Shown here piece after piece: positions 1 through 9,442 of a stretch of 64,000 nt of DNA. Numbering within the stretch: position 1 is the first letter of the stretch; each line of letters begins with the position of its first letter. A program made the position numbers and the translations under genes. The stretch spans positions 32,001 through 96,000 of the forward strand of contig OZ245842.1 in the NCBI GenBank assembly GCA_965228895.1. The letters are read 5' to 3'. The notes beneath the pieces were generated by a model. That model searched no databases. It had not been told where the DNA came from and worked only from the letters and a program-made list of their open reading frames with translations. Source of the DNA: Alphaproteobacteria bacterium. Lineage in GTDB: Bacteria; Pseudomonadota; Alphaproteobacteria; SP197.

Positions 1-144
1 GCGTTCCTGCAGCCCGTCGAGCTCGGCACGGTAGCCAAGCGCCTTGTCCGGACTCATGACACTGAGCGGAAAGTAGTAACCGTCCTGCTTAAAGCATGCG
101 GCAATGTCGGCGAAGTCCGCATCGGGTGCAGTGGCCAAGGTCAT
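1..144 (-). CDS. N-terminus of a probable phytanoyl-CoA dioxygenase (PhyH) family protein, runs off the window edge
   Basis: Hand translation MTLATAPDADFADIAACFKQDGYYFPLSVMSPDKALGYRAELDGLQER; F-x-x-DGY start typical of PhyH; GGAGA RBS upstream; divergent from LysR. Confidence 0.6.
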   Translation of the reverse strand, partial: MTLATAPDADFADIAACFKQDGYYFPLSVMSPDKALGYRAELDGLQER

Positions 145-220
145 GTCTGGGTCTCCCGCGTCAGGCGGCCATTGAACGGCAGCGATCGTGCCGGGACAAA
201 CGCTCTTTGTTGCCCTTTGT

Positions 221-237
221 GTTAAGCTGAACTTAAC
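221..237. promoter_or_regulatory. LysR recognition site (T-N11-A dyad)
   Basis: GTTAAG-CTGAA-CTTAAC inverted repeat between the divergent genes. Confidence 0.7.
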
Positions 238-270
238 CTAAAGACGCCGATCCCTCATTTTTTGCCGTGA

Positions 271-1173
271 TTGGAGCCTGCCGTGCCCCACCGCCGCATC
301 CCCTCGCTGAACTGGCTCCGCGTTTTCGAGGCGGCGGCCAGGACGGAGAATTTCACCCGCGCCGGCGAGGCGCTGAACATGAGCGCGGCGGCGGTCAGCC
401 AGCAGATCAAGGCACTGGAGGCCCATCTCGGTACCCAATTGTTCGATCGCGGTCCGCGCAGCGTGTCGCTGACTGGCGCCGGTCAGGCCTTCCTGCCGGT
501 GGTGCGTCAGGCGCTCCTGTCGGTCGAGACGACGGCCGCGTCGCTGTTCAGCCGCGACCGCTATGCGACGGTGACCGTCGAAGCCACGCTGGTCTTTGCG
601 GCCTCGTGGCTGGCTGAGCACCTGCCTCGGTTCCAGGCCGCTCATCCGGCGATCCACGTGCATGTGATGGGCGCTTATCACGATGCCGGCGTCGAACACG
701 ACGGTGTCGATCTTGCTATTGCCTATGGCGGAACATCTCAGGACGAGGCCGATAGCGACCTGCTGTTCGGCGAGCGCATCTATCCCGTCGCGCCGGCACC
801 GGTCGCCTCGGCCATCACCGCGCCGGGCGACTTGATCGAACATCGTCTGCTAGAAATCTCGACGCACCGAACCAGCTGGTTGCGGCTTCTGGAATCAACA
901 CCCGATATCGATCTGTCGAAGGCTGAGTTCTGCTTCACCGATACCACCGTCGTCGCACTCTCGATGGCTGCGGCCGGCCACGGCATCGGCCTGGCGCGGT
1001 CCCCGGCGACCGACTTTCTGGAGCGTCTTTGTGGCCTCGAGCGCTGCCTGCCGGGGCTCGAGGTTGAAAGCGGGCAGGCCCATTTCCTGGTATCGCGGAC
1101 CGCTGCCTCGCTGTCGCCAGCGGCGAAACAGTTCAGGTCGTGGCTGCTTGACGAGACCGCGCGCTGGCGTTGA
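271..1173 (+). CDS. LysR-family regulator, GcvA-like
   Basis: PSLNWLRVFEAAAR...AVSQQIKALE HTH plus substrate-binding domain; start may be GTG at 283. Confidence 0.93.
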   Translation: MEPAVPHRRIPSLNWLRVFEAAARTENFTRAGEALNMSAAAVSQQIKALEAHLGTQLFDRGPRSVSLTGAGQAFLPVVRQALLSVETTAASLFSRDRYATVTVEATLVFAASWLAEHLPRFQAAHPAIHVHVMGAYHDAGVEHDGVDLAIAYGGTSQDEADSDLLFGERIYPVAPAPVASAITAPGDLIEHRLLEISTHRTSWLRLLESTPDIDLSKAEFCFTDTTVVALSMAAAGHGIGLARSPATDFLERLCGLERCLPGLEVESGQAHFLVSRTAASLSPAAKQFRSWLLDETARWR

Positions 1174-1176
1174 CGC

Positions 1177-2715
1177 CTACCACTTGGCGATCAGTTCGGT
1201 TCCGCTTTGCGGCGCGGCGGCGAAGCCCTCGTTGAGGTCATCGGCCAGTTGGTTGCGGATCGCGCGATACTTGGTGTCGTGGAAGAGGTTCCGGTGTTCG
1301 CCGGGATCGGCGCTGAGGTCGAAGAGTTCGCCCCAGTCTTCGTCGCTTGCGGGATAGAGCGTGAGGCGCCAATCGTCGGTGACGATGGAGTGATTGTAGA
1401 CGCGCTTGTCGATGCGCGGGTGGAACTCCAGATAGCGGGCGCCGCGCTCCAGTCTTTGCCCTTCGAGTACCGGACGTAGCGAGAGGCCGTCCTGAAAAAC
1501 GCCGGTGTCGTTGAGACCGGCGAGGTCGAGCGTTGTCGCCATGATATCGAGATGACTGCTCGGTGCCCGCGTCGTCTCGCCCTCGGGAATGCCCGGACCG
1601 GCCATGATGAAGCTGACCCGGTTGAGGTCGCCATAAGGTGGCGGTCCTTTATGCAGCAGGCCGTGATGGCCGAGAAACTCGCCGTGGTCCGAGGTGAAGA
1701 CGACAATGGTGTCGTCGGTCAGACCGAGGTCGTCGAGCTTGGCGAGCACGCGGCCAAAACACGCATCGATCTGCGCTTCCATACCGCGCGTCAGCGCGAT
1801 GGCGCGGGCCAGGCTTTCCGGCGAGATGTCGTCGGTGGTCGTCATGCCGCCTTGCTCGACCGCCGGCGCGTCGTTGTCGATCCAATTGGCGGCAAGGCGC
1901 TGGCTGACATAGCTTGGCATCATGTCGAGTTCGCCGGGCGTCACCGCCGGCGCAGGCATGGCGTCGGGATCGACAAGGCCGGCCCATGGTCGTGGCGGGC
2001 TAAACGGATGGTGTGGGTCGGGTGAAGAGACAAACAGCATAAAGGGCCCGCTTGTCCGCTCCAGGAAGTCGATCGCGCGGTCGGCAATCCAGGTGTTGTA
2101 GTGCAGGTCGTCCGGTACCGCCGCCGTCCAGGCCTCGTCGAGATCGGCCAGCGGACCGTCGAGTGCCGTCTCGGGCTGATAGAGCGGGATGACATCGGGG
2201 TGGTGCTCGTGCAGCCAGGCTGCGTGGTGTCCGCCTTCGGTCGCCAGCAGGGATTCGCCGATCATGAAGTCGACGGTCTGGTAACCGAAGTAGGGTCCGT
2301 TCCAATCGGCGCCATGACCGGCCTGCCAGAACGGCACGGACTCCGGAAAGCCATACGAAACATCGGCCATGATCGGCTGCAGGTGCAGCTTGCCGACCGC
2401 ATGAGTGTCATAACCGGCTTCGGCCAATTGGCCGGGCAGCGTGGGCACGCCGTCATGGATCGTGCGCCCGTTGGTCGTCATGCCGTGATGACGCGGATAG
2501 AGCCCGGTGATCATGGTGCCACGGCTGGGACAGCAGATCTGGTTGGGCGTCAGGTGATTATCGAAACGCAGACCGCGCGCCGCCAACCCGTCGATGTGGG
2601 GGGTATGGGCATGGGCGTTGCCATAGCAGCCCAGACTATCGGCACGCTGCTGGTCGGTGCAGAAGATCACAAAATTGGGTCTCACGAACAAAAGGCTATC
2701 GCTGTCGTGGCGCAC
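1177..2715 (-). CDS. Cys-type (formylglycine) sulfatase
   Basis: PNFVIFCTDQQR, CCPSR, GKLHL, SDHG motifs; start may be GTG at 2685. Confidence 0.93.
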   Translation of the reverse strand: MRHDSDSLLFVRPNFVIFCTDQQRADSLGCYGNAHAHTPHIDGLAARGLRFDNHLTPNQICCPSRGTMITGLYPRHHGMTTNGRTIHDGVPTLPGQLAEAGYDTHAVGKLHLQPIMADVSYGFPESVPFWQAGHGADWNGPYFGYQTVDFMIGESLLATEGGHHAAWLHEHHPDVIPLYQPETALDGPLADLDEAWTAAVPDDLHYNTWIADRAIDFLERTSGPFMLFVSSPDPHHPFSPPRPWAGLVDPDAMPAPAVTPGELDMMPSYVSQRLAANWIDNDAPAVEQGGMTTTDDISPESLARAIALTRGMEAQIDACFGRVLAKLDDLGLTDDTIVVFTSDHGEFLGHHGLLHKGPPPYGDLNRVSFIMAGPGIPEGETTRAPSSHLDIMATTLDLAGLNDTGVFQDGLSLRPVLEGQRLERGARYLEFHPRIDKRVYNHSIVTDDWRLTLYPASDEDWGELFDLSADPGEHRNLFHDTKYRAIRNQLADDLNEGFAAAPQSGTELIAKW

Positions 2716-2825
2716 GGCTCAAGCGATAACGAGTCTGTCGGTGTCGTTCACCCCCAGCGCATGGCCGCCGATTGCACATGATCCAGATCAATTCGCTGCT
2801 ACGCCGACGGTCCTAGCCTGATGTC

Positions 2826-4079
2826 ATGGGCAAGGGTGCGGGGATCATAGCTGCAATTGCGTTGGCTCTGCTGAGCATGCCGGCCGCCTCGTATGCGGAT
2901 GACGGTGAGGACTGGCGCAACCTCTACCGTGACGCGGTGCCGGTGCTGGATGTCCGCTACCGCTTCGAGTTTGTCGACCAGGCCGGATTTCCCAACAACG
3001 CCGAAGCCAACACGATCCGGACGCGGGCGGGTTTTGAGACCGGCTATGTCTATGGACTCGGCTTGGTCGCCGACGGTGAGTGGAACCAGGTTATCGGCGG
3101 TGAGCGGTTCAACGACACGATCAACGGCAAGACCCAGTTTCCGGTTGTCGCCGACCCTGAAGACCTGCAGATCAATCAGCTCTACCTCATCGCCGACAAC
3201 ACGATCGCGGACACGGTCCTGAAGCTCGGGCGCCAGCGGATCATCTGGGACAACGCACGGTTCGTCGGCAATGTCGGCTTCCGGCAGAACGAGCAGACGT
3301 TCGATGCCTTCCGCGGCAGCGTGTTTGTGCTCGACGACCTGGTGGTTGAGTACGTTTATTTCGACGAGGTCCACCGCATCTTCGGGCGGGACTCACCGGT
3401 TGGCAGTCTGGAACTCAGCAGTCATGGGTTCCGGGGTCAGTATACCGGGCTTGAGGCAGTAGCGATCACGCCCTTTGTCCTGTTGCTCGATTACGATGCG
3501 TCCGCCCAGGCCGGTCTCGACAGCCAGACCTATGGCGTGCTGGCGCAAGGCAGCCATGACCTGGACCAGGATTGGGGCCTCACTTACTTGGCCTCGCTCG
3601 CCTATCAGGCCGACTATGCCGACAACCCTGCCGGTTTCGGCCTGTGGTACTACCACGTGGCGCCGGGCCTCACCTATGACGGCGCCCGGTTCACAATCGG
3701 TTACGAGGTGTTGTCGGGCAACGGCACCAGCGCCTTTCAGACGCCCCTGGCGACACTGCACAAGTTCAACGGTTTGACCGACCGCTTCTTGACGACGCCG
3801 GCGAACGGTCTGCGCGACCTCTACGTGGCTGCCTCAAGTCCCTTGCCGGGCGACGGCCTGTTTTCCGGACTCAGTGTCGCCGGCGCCTACCACCAGTTTT
3901 GGGCTGAAGACAAGGGCACGCATTATGGCTCGGAATGGGACGCCGGGATCTTCAAGACGTTCGACCTGGATGGCAACGCGATCAAGCTGGGCGCCCAGTA
4001 TGCCGCCTATAGTGCCGACAATTTTTCCGTCGACACCGACAAGCTATGGCTGACGGTCCAGTTTCAACTCGGCCCCTAG
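2826..4079 (+). CDS. Outer-membrane beta-barrel, alginate export (AlgE-like) family
   Basis: Signal peptide; RYRFEFVDQ, GRQRI.WDNARFVGNVGFRQNEQTFD, FQTPLATLHKFNG motifs. Confidence 0.8.
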   Translation: MGKGAGIIAAIALALLSMPAASYADDGEDWRNLYRDAVPVLDVRYRFEFVDQAGFPNNAEANTIRTRAGFETGYVYGLGLVADGEWNQVIGGERFNDTINGKTQFPVVADPEDLQINQLYLIADNTIADTVLKLGRQRIIWDNARFVGNVGFRQNEQTFDAFRGSVFVLDDLVVEYVYFDEVHRIFGRDSPVGSLELSSHGFRGQYTGLEAVAITPFVLLLDYDASAQAGLDSQTYGVLAQGSHDLDQDWGLTYLASLAYQADYADNPAGFGLWYYHVAPGLTYDGARFTIGYEVLSGNGTSAFQTPLATLHKFNGLTDRFLTTPANGLRDLYVAASSPLPGDGLFSGLSVAGAYHQFWAEDKGTHYGSEWDAGIFKTFDLDGNAIKLGAQYAAYSADNFSVDTDKLWLTVQFQLGP

Positions 4080-4209
4080 AGCCAACCCCGTCTTGTTCGG
4101 GTTTCTCGGCGTATCCGCCTGCGATCCCATCGACATCCATAAGATGGAGTCGATTCTCCCATCGTGACGGCATCGCATAGCGATACAATCGAACTGGGAT
4201 CTGCTCTAG
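4076..4209. repeat. CTAG-bounded intergenic repeat (CIR/RIME/Bru-RS-like), degenerate two-arm copy
   Basis: Starts CTAGAGC, ends GATCTGCTCTAG (reverse complement of the 57518 copy start); central CATAAGATGGAG linker. Confidence 0.7.
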
Positions 4210-4218
4210 CATCGCGCC

Positions 4219-4995
4219 ATGACGGAGCAACCCAAGGGCGTCTGGCTCGAAGATCTCACCTGGCCTGAGGTCAAGTCGCGGTTCGACGTGGGCCAGGTGG
4301 TCGTCGTGCCGGTCGGTGCGATTGCCAAGGAGCACGGTCCCCATCTGCCGATGAAAACCGATTGGCTGCTGGCCAGTGACCTTGCCCGCCGGGTAGCGGC
4401 GATACTGCCCGTCCTTATCGCGCCGGTGATCCCCTTCGGCTACTACCCGGCTTTCCGCCACTATCCCGGCAGCCAGCACTTAAGGCCCGAGACGTTCGCC
4501 GCGTTGGTGACCGATCTCCTGTCCGGCCTGATCGCGCAGGGTGCGCGCCACATCGCACTGATCAACACCGGCATCCCGACCCAGGCCATTTTGCACACGG
4601 TGGTGCGCGAACTCTACGAGACCGCCGGCGTTCGCGTTGCGGTTGCCGATATCGCCCGCATGGGTTCGGCCGCCGCGCACTTGATGGAACACGACGTCGA
4701 CGGTCATGCGGACGAGGAAGAAACGTCGATGATCCTGACCATCGCGCCGGCGCTCGTGCGGATGGATCAGGCGCGGCGTGACGACGGCAACATGCGCGAG
4801 GCGCCCGACACGGTTTTCTTTCGCCCGCAGATCTTCCGTGACGACCCCGACGGCGGTATCGACCACAGCGAAACCGGTGCGAGGGGTGATGCGACATTGG
4901 CGACCGTCGAAAAAGGCGAGGCGGCGCTTCAGGCCATGGCCGACGAACTTGTCGACGGGTTGCGTGCCCTTTACCCCGAACACCTGACGTCATAG
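4219..4995 (+). CDS. Creatininase/amidohydrolase family protein
   Basis: KEHGPHLPMKTD and GHADEEETS motifs. Confidence 0.88.
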   Translation: MTEQPKGVWLEDLTWPEVKSRFDVGQVVVVPVGAIAKEHGPHLPMKTDWLLASDLARRVAAILPVLIAPVIPFGYYPAFRHYPGSQHLRPETFAALVTDLLSGLIAQGARHIALINTGIPTQAILHTVVRELYETAGVRVAVADIARMGSAAAHLMEHDVDGHADEEETSMILTIAPALVRMDQARRDDGNMREAPDTVFFRPQIFRDDPDGGIDHSETGARGDATLATVEKGEAALQAMADELVDGLRALYPEHLTS

Positions 4996-5003
4996 GACAC
5001 AGC

Positions 5004-6566
5004 ATGGATCAACGACGTGCCGGCAACCTCGGCTACTTCAGTCACGAGGCTGCCCTGAAGTTTCCCGATAAGATTGCGATGATCGATCTGACCCGCGACG
5101 AACCGCGCGAGGTCACCTATCGCGAGCTGGAGGAACGGCTCGACCGGTTCGCATCGCTGACGCAGACCATGGGTCTAAAGCCAGGCGACCGGCTTGCCAT
5201 GTGCGTCGGCAACCGGTTCGAGTTCATCGAGATCATGTATGGCGCCATGCGCGCCGGCGTCGTGCCGGTGACGCTCAACACCAAGCTCGGTGCCGACGTT
5301 CTCGAGTTTACGGTCAAGGACAGCGATGCCGTCGCGGCAATCGTCGAGCCCCGGTCAAACCGCTTTGTCGTCGACGTTGTTGAGCAAGCGGGCCTGAAGC
5401 CGCTGATCGCCTTCGATCCCGTACCCGCCGGTTGGCAGCCATACGAAGATTTGTTGATGGCCGAACCGGCGTCCTTCGAACCGCCGGACTTGTCCGGCGA
5501 TCACCCGTCGTTCCAGCCCTACACATCCGGCTCGACAGGCCGGCCCAAGGGCGTGGTGTTGACCCATGCGGGCCAGCTCTGGGGCATCCACGTGTTCCAG
5601 AAGTTCTGGCCGGAGAAGATCGACAACCGGGCGCTCGCCGCGGTGCCGATGTATCACAAGAACGCCATGGCCGGCGCCTTCAAGCCGCTGCTGCATGTCG
5701 GCGGATCCGTCGTCATCCTGGAGAACTTCGAACCCAAACGGTTCCTGAAGGCGCTCAGCGACTACCGCTGCACGAACACAGGCGGCGTGCCCGCCGTCTA
5801 TACATCCCTGCTTCAGGAAAAGGACCTTATCGCCAGCCTGGACTGGTCGGCGCTCAAAGGTCTCTCGGTCGGCTCGGCGCCGGTGCCGCCGGAGCTGTTG
5901 CACCAGATCGAATCAGCGTTCGGCGTGCGTTGCATTGAGACCTATGGCCTGACCGAAGGCGGTCCGGTGCCGATTGCCGCGCCCGCCGACGGATCACCCA
6001 TGCCGCCGGGCAGTTGCGGCAAGGTATTGCCGGAAGGCGAGGTCAAGCTGGTCGGCGCCGACGGCAAGGACGACGAGAACTACGGCGAACTCTGGGTCAA
6101 GAACCCCGGCGTCACGCCCGGCTACTACAAGCGCCCGGACGTGAACGCCGACAAGATCGTCGACGGCTGGCTCAAGACCGGCGATCTGTTCCGCAAGGAT
6201 GACGACGGGTTCTATTTCTTCATGGGGCGCACCGACGATATGTTCAATTGCGGCGGCGAGAACATCTATCCCAAGGAAGTCGAGAACCTGCTGCTGGCCC
6301 ATCCGGAGATCACCGAGGCATCCGTCGTGCCGCTGACCCACAAGGTCAAGGGCGAGGCGCCGGTCGCTTTCGTGACGGTAACGCCCGACAGCCAACTCGA
6401 TGAACAGGCGATCAAGACCTATTGCCTGAAGAACGGCCCCGCCTATGCCCATCCCCGCCACGTCGCCGTGGTCGACGAAATGCCGTTGAACGGACCTGGA
6501 AAGATCGACCGGCTGGTCGTGCAGAAACAGGCGCGCGAGACATTCGGTGAGGTCATCGGCGGCTGA
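5004..6566 (+). CDS. AMP-forming acyl-CoA ligase
   Basis: YTSGSTGRPKGV, YGLTE, TGD, GGENIYPKEVE, GKIDR motifs. Confidence 0.93.
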   Translation: MDQRRAGNLGYFSHEAALKFPDKIAMIDLTRDEPREVTYRELEERLDRFASLTQTMGLKPGDRLAMCVGNRFEFIEIMYGAMRAGVVPVTLNTKLGADVLEFTVKDSDAVAAIVEPRSNRFVVDVVEQAGLKPLIAFDPVPAGWQPYEDLLMAEPASFEPPDLSGDHPSFQPYTSGSTGRPKGVVLTHAGQLWGIHVFQKFWPEKIDNRALAAVPMYHKNAMAGAFKPLLHVGGSVVILENFEPKRFLKALSDYRCTNTGGVPAVYTSLLQEKDLIASLDWSALKGLSVGSAPVPPELLHQIESAFGVRCIETYGLTEGGPVPIAAPADGSPMPPGSCGKVLPEGEVKLVGADGKDDENYGELWVKNPGVTPGYYKRPDVNADKIVDGWLKTGDLFRKDDDGFYFFMGRTDDMFNCGGENIYPKEVENLLLAHPEITEASVVPLTHKVKGEAPVAFVTVTPDSQLDEQAIKTYCLKNGPAYAHPRHVAVVDEMPLNGPGKIDRLVVQKQARETFGEVIGG

Positions 6567-7408
6567 TGCCTCTACCCTGGCTTGATCACGTCGCTGTCGC
6601 GACCGACGATCTGGATCGTGCCGCCGCGGCCTACCGCCGTCTTGGATTCAAGCTGACATCGCGCTCAAGCCACAGCGGCGATGACGGACCGTGGGGCACC
6701 GGCAACCACTGTGCGATGTTTCGCGACGGCTATTTCGAGCTGATCGGTATCACCGATCCCACGCTCTATCACGATCATCTGAAGGCTGCGCTCGCACGCT
6801 ATACCGGCCTTCATCTGGTGGCGCTGGGCACCGATGACAGCGAGCGTGCGTATCGCGAGACGGTGTCGCGCGGCGCAATGATCGACGAGCCTTATGCGAT
6901 CGCGCGCCAAGTACCGTTTGGCGCCAGCACGCGGGAGGGCCGGTTTCGCATCACGCAAGTCGATCCCACCTGGTTTACCGAAGCCGATTTCTTCTATTGC
7001 CAGCACGACACGCCGGATGTCCTGTGGCAGCCCGACCTGCTTGATCACCCTAACGGCGCCACGGGGCTGGCAGGTGTCACCCTTGCCTGCGCCGACCCCG
7101 AGGAGACGGCGCAGCGCATCGCAGCCGTCTCCGGGGTAACAGGCACGACAAGTCATGACGGCTATCGTTTTGTGCTGTCGCGCGGCGTGATCGATGTCGT
7201 GTCCGCTGAAGGAGTCAGGTCGGCGTTCGCGGGGATCACGCCACCGGTCTTGCCGTGGGTGGCGGCGGTGACGTTCACCGTGGCGGACCTGCAACGAAGT
7301 CGCGATTTGTTCGTAAAGGCGGGGATAGACGTTGTCGAGACGGACGATGGCCGTCAGTGGATCGGCCTTGACGATGCCGATGGCGCTATCCTGGTTTTCC
7401 AGGCCTAA
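6566..7408 (+). CDS. VOC/glyoxalase-like protein
   Basis: LDHVAVA..DLD...Y.RLGF, GTGNH..F.DGYFELI, HPNGA. Confidence 0.85.
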   Translation: MPLPWLDHVAVATDDLDRAAAAYRRLGFKLTSRSSHSGDDGPWGTGNHCAMFRDGYFELIGITDPTLYHDHLKAALARYTGLHLVALGTDDSERAYRETVSRGAMIDEPYAIARQVPFGASTREGRFRITQVDPTWFTEADFFYCQHDTPDVLWQPDLLDHPNGATGLAGVTLACADPEETAQRIAAVSGVTGTTSHDGYRFVLSRGVIDVVSAEGVRSAFAGITPPVLPWVAAVTFTVADLQRSRDLFVKAGIDVVETDDGRQWIGLDDADGAILVFQA

Positions 7409-7417
7409 CGGTTGCGA

Positions 7418-7840
7418 TTAGCCTGCGGCTGTCGCATAGGTGCCGCGCCCGACCGCGCAGAGGCGGCCCCTGGCATCGGTTACCTCAATGTCGGCGACAC
7501 CAATGGTGCGGCCGGCCTTGACCGTGCGCGCGACGATCGTCAGGTCGCCGTCGCCGGCCATGCGCAGGAAGTCGACGCGCAGGTCGATTGTCGGAAAACC
7601 CAGCTTGTCGGTCTTAATGGCGAGCGCGAAGTCGCCGGCGATGTCGATCACGCTGGCGAGGACACCGCCGTGATAGCCTTCTTCGTGCGCGGTGCGCTTG
7701 TAGCCCTGCTTGAACGGCAGACGAAACGTGACCTCGCCCTTGGCGACGTCCCAGGTGTCGAGCTCCATGGCGAGAAACTCATTGAACGGCCCGCGCTGCC
7801 AGCCGCGCCATAACCTCTCCACATCGATCTTGCCGGTCAT
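7418..7840 (-). CDS. PaaI-family hotdog thioesterase
   Basis: HGGVLASVID, PTIDLRVDFLR. Confidence 0.9.
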   Translation of the reverse strand: MTGKIDVERLWRGWQRGPFNEFLAMELDTWDVAKGEVTFRLPFKQGYKRTAHEEGYHGGVLASVIDIAGDFALAIKTDKLGFPTIDLRVDFLRMAGDGDLTIVARTVKAGRTIGVADIEVTDARGRLCAVGRGTYATAAG

Positions 7841-8814
7841 GGGTTCAGCACCACCTTGCCGAAGACCTCGCGCGATTCCAGTTTGGTTTCGGCAGCCTGG
7901 ATCTCGCTCAACGGGAAGATGGAGTCGATCACCGGTTCGATCTCACCCGATGCGACCTTGTTCAAGAGCCAGATAATGCCCTCATCGGTCCAGCCGTTGG
8001 CGCCGAGGATGCGCAGCTCGCGGGTCCAGATATAGCGGATGTCGGTTGCCGGATCGAAGCCGGCCGAAGCGCCGCATGTCACCACGCGCCCGTCCTGGGC
8101 CATGGCGCGCAGCGCCGGGACCCAGGTCCGCCCACCGATATAGTTGACGCAGACATTGACCCCCTTTTTGCCGGAGATCGTCCAGGCCTCTCTGCTGAAG
8201 TCCACCTCGGCCGTGTTGATCACATGGTCGGCGCCGAGCGCGGTGAGTTTTTCGAGATTGTCTTTCGACGACGATGTGCAGATGGTGCGGGCGCCGATCG
8301 CCTTGGCGATCTGCAGGCAGCCGGTGCCGACGCCGCCGGCCGCGCCCAGGATCAAGACCAATTCGCCTTCTTTGACGTGGGCGCGGTCGAACATGATGCG
8401 GTGCGCTGTCCCATAGCCGACCGGCAGCGCGGCCGCCTGTTCGAACGTGACGTCATCGGGTAACGCAATAACCTGGGAGTCCGGTGCTTTGGCGAGTTCG
8501 GCCAGACCGCCCTGGCAATCCTCGCCCATCATGCCGTCGCGCCCGAACGGATTGAAGACGATGCGGTCGCCGGGCTTGCAGCGGGTGACGTCGTCGCCGA
8601 CCGCTTCGACGACGCCGGCCAGGTCGCCACCGGAGATAAACGGGGTCTCGATGGGAAAACCCGGCATGCCGCGGCGCACTTCCAGGTCAAGGTAGTTGAG
8701 GGCACAGGCCTTGACCCGCATCAGCACCTCGTCGGCGCCGACCTCAGGGTCCGGCCAGTCGCGGTAGTTGAGGTTCTCGACCGATCCCTGCTCTTCGATG
8801 ACGGCTGCCTTCAC
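7837..8814 (-). CDS. MDR-family NAD(P)H quinone/alkenal oxidoreductase
   Basis: ALNYLD, GAAGGVG, FGKVVL. Confidence 0.9.
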   Translation of the reverse strand: MKAAVIEEQGSVENLNYRDWPDPEVGADEVLMRVKACALNYLDLEVRRGMPGFPIETPFISGGDLAGVVEAVGDDVTRCKPGDRIVFNPFGRDGMMGEDCQGGLAELAKAPDSQVIALPDDVTFEQAAALPVGYGTAHRIMFDRAHVKEGELVLILGAAGGVGTGCLQIAKAIGARTICTSSSKDNLEKLTALGADHVINTAEVDFSREAWTISGKKGVNVCVNYIGGRTWVPALRAMAQDGRVVTCGASAGFDPATDIRYIWTRELRILGANGWTDEGIIWLLNKVASGEIEPVIDSIFPLSEIQAAETKLESREVFGKVVLNP

Positions 8815-8826
8815 GGGTACCTACTC

Positions 8827-9327
8827 CTAAACCGGTTTGTCGGGCAGCGCGTGCCATTCGTCCCAGCCGATGTCGCGGCCGGGATAGGCGACGCTCTTGA
8901 ACGGCCAGGACGTGGCGACCCAGTCTTTGCCCCATTGGAAGAGCTCGCTATCGAATCCCCGTGCTGCCGCGCTGGCGCGTACCCAGGTGCTGAGCTGGGC
9001 TTCGTAGCCTTGCTTCAGACAGGGAAAGACATAGAGGCTGCCGAGTTCTTCGGACTCGTCGAGCGCGTGAACGCCATAGGAGCATGAGCTTCTCAGATTG
9101 AACTCCATGGTGCACCAGCAGACATCGATCAGCGCGTCCTCAATCGTGGTGCCTTCCGGCCAGGTTTCGCCGGGGCCGAACGTGCCCTTCAGATGATCGA
9201 CGCTCGACATATAGGCATCGAAATCCTTGGCCAGATCGGCGGGGCCCAGAATGCGCAGGCGAAACCTGTCGGCTTCGACAGTCTCGGGCGGGTCAAAGTC
9301 GTCGGGCAGCCAGATGCGGTGTTTCAT
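8827..9327 (-). CDS. GNAT/RimJ-like acetyltransferase-fold protein
   Basis: FRLRILGP..LAKDFDAYMSS, WPFKSVAYPGR; operon position. Confidence 0.65.
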   Translation of the reverse strand: MKHRIWLPDDFDPPETVEADRFRLRILGPADLAKDFDAYMSSVDHLKGTFGPGETWPEGTTIEDALIDVCWCTMEFNLRSSCSYGVHALDESEELGSLYVFPCLKQGYEAQLSTWVRASAAARGFDSELFQWGKDWVATSWPFKSVAYPGRDIGWDEWHALPDKPV

Positions 9328-9391
9328 GATGCCTTGTGGTTTACGCGTGGCAGGGCCGCACTGTTACGCGAAATGGGGTCGGTAACAAGAT

Positions 9392-9419
9392 GGGGCGCGG
9401 AACCTATGGCCCGCGCCCC
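9392..9419 (-). terminator. Hairpin downstream of the SBP gene, probable terminator or stabiliser
   Basis: GGGGCGCGG-N10-CCGCGCCCC, weak U-tract on the minus strand. Confidence 0.55.
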
Positions 9420-9442
9420 CAGTGGTTCGGACTGACCGTTCT

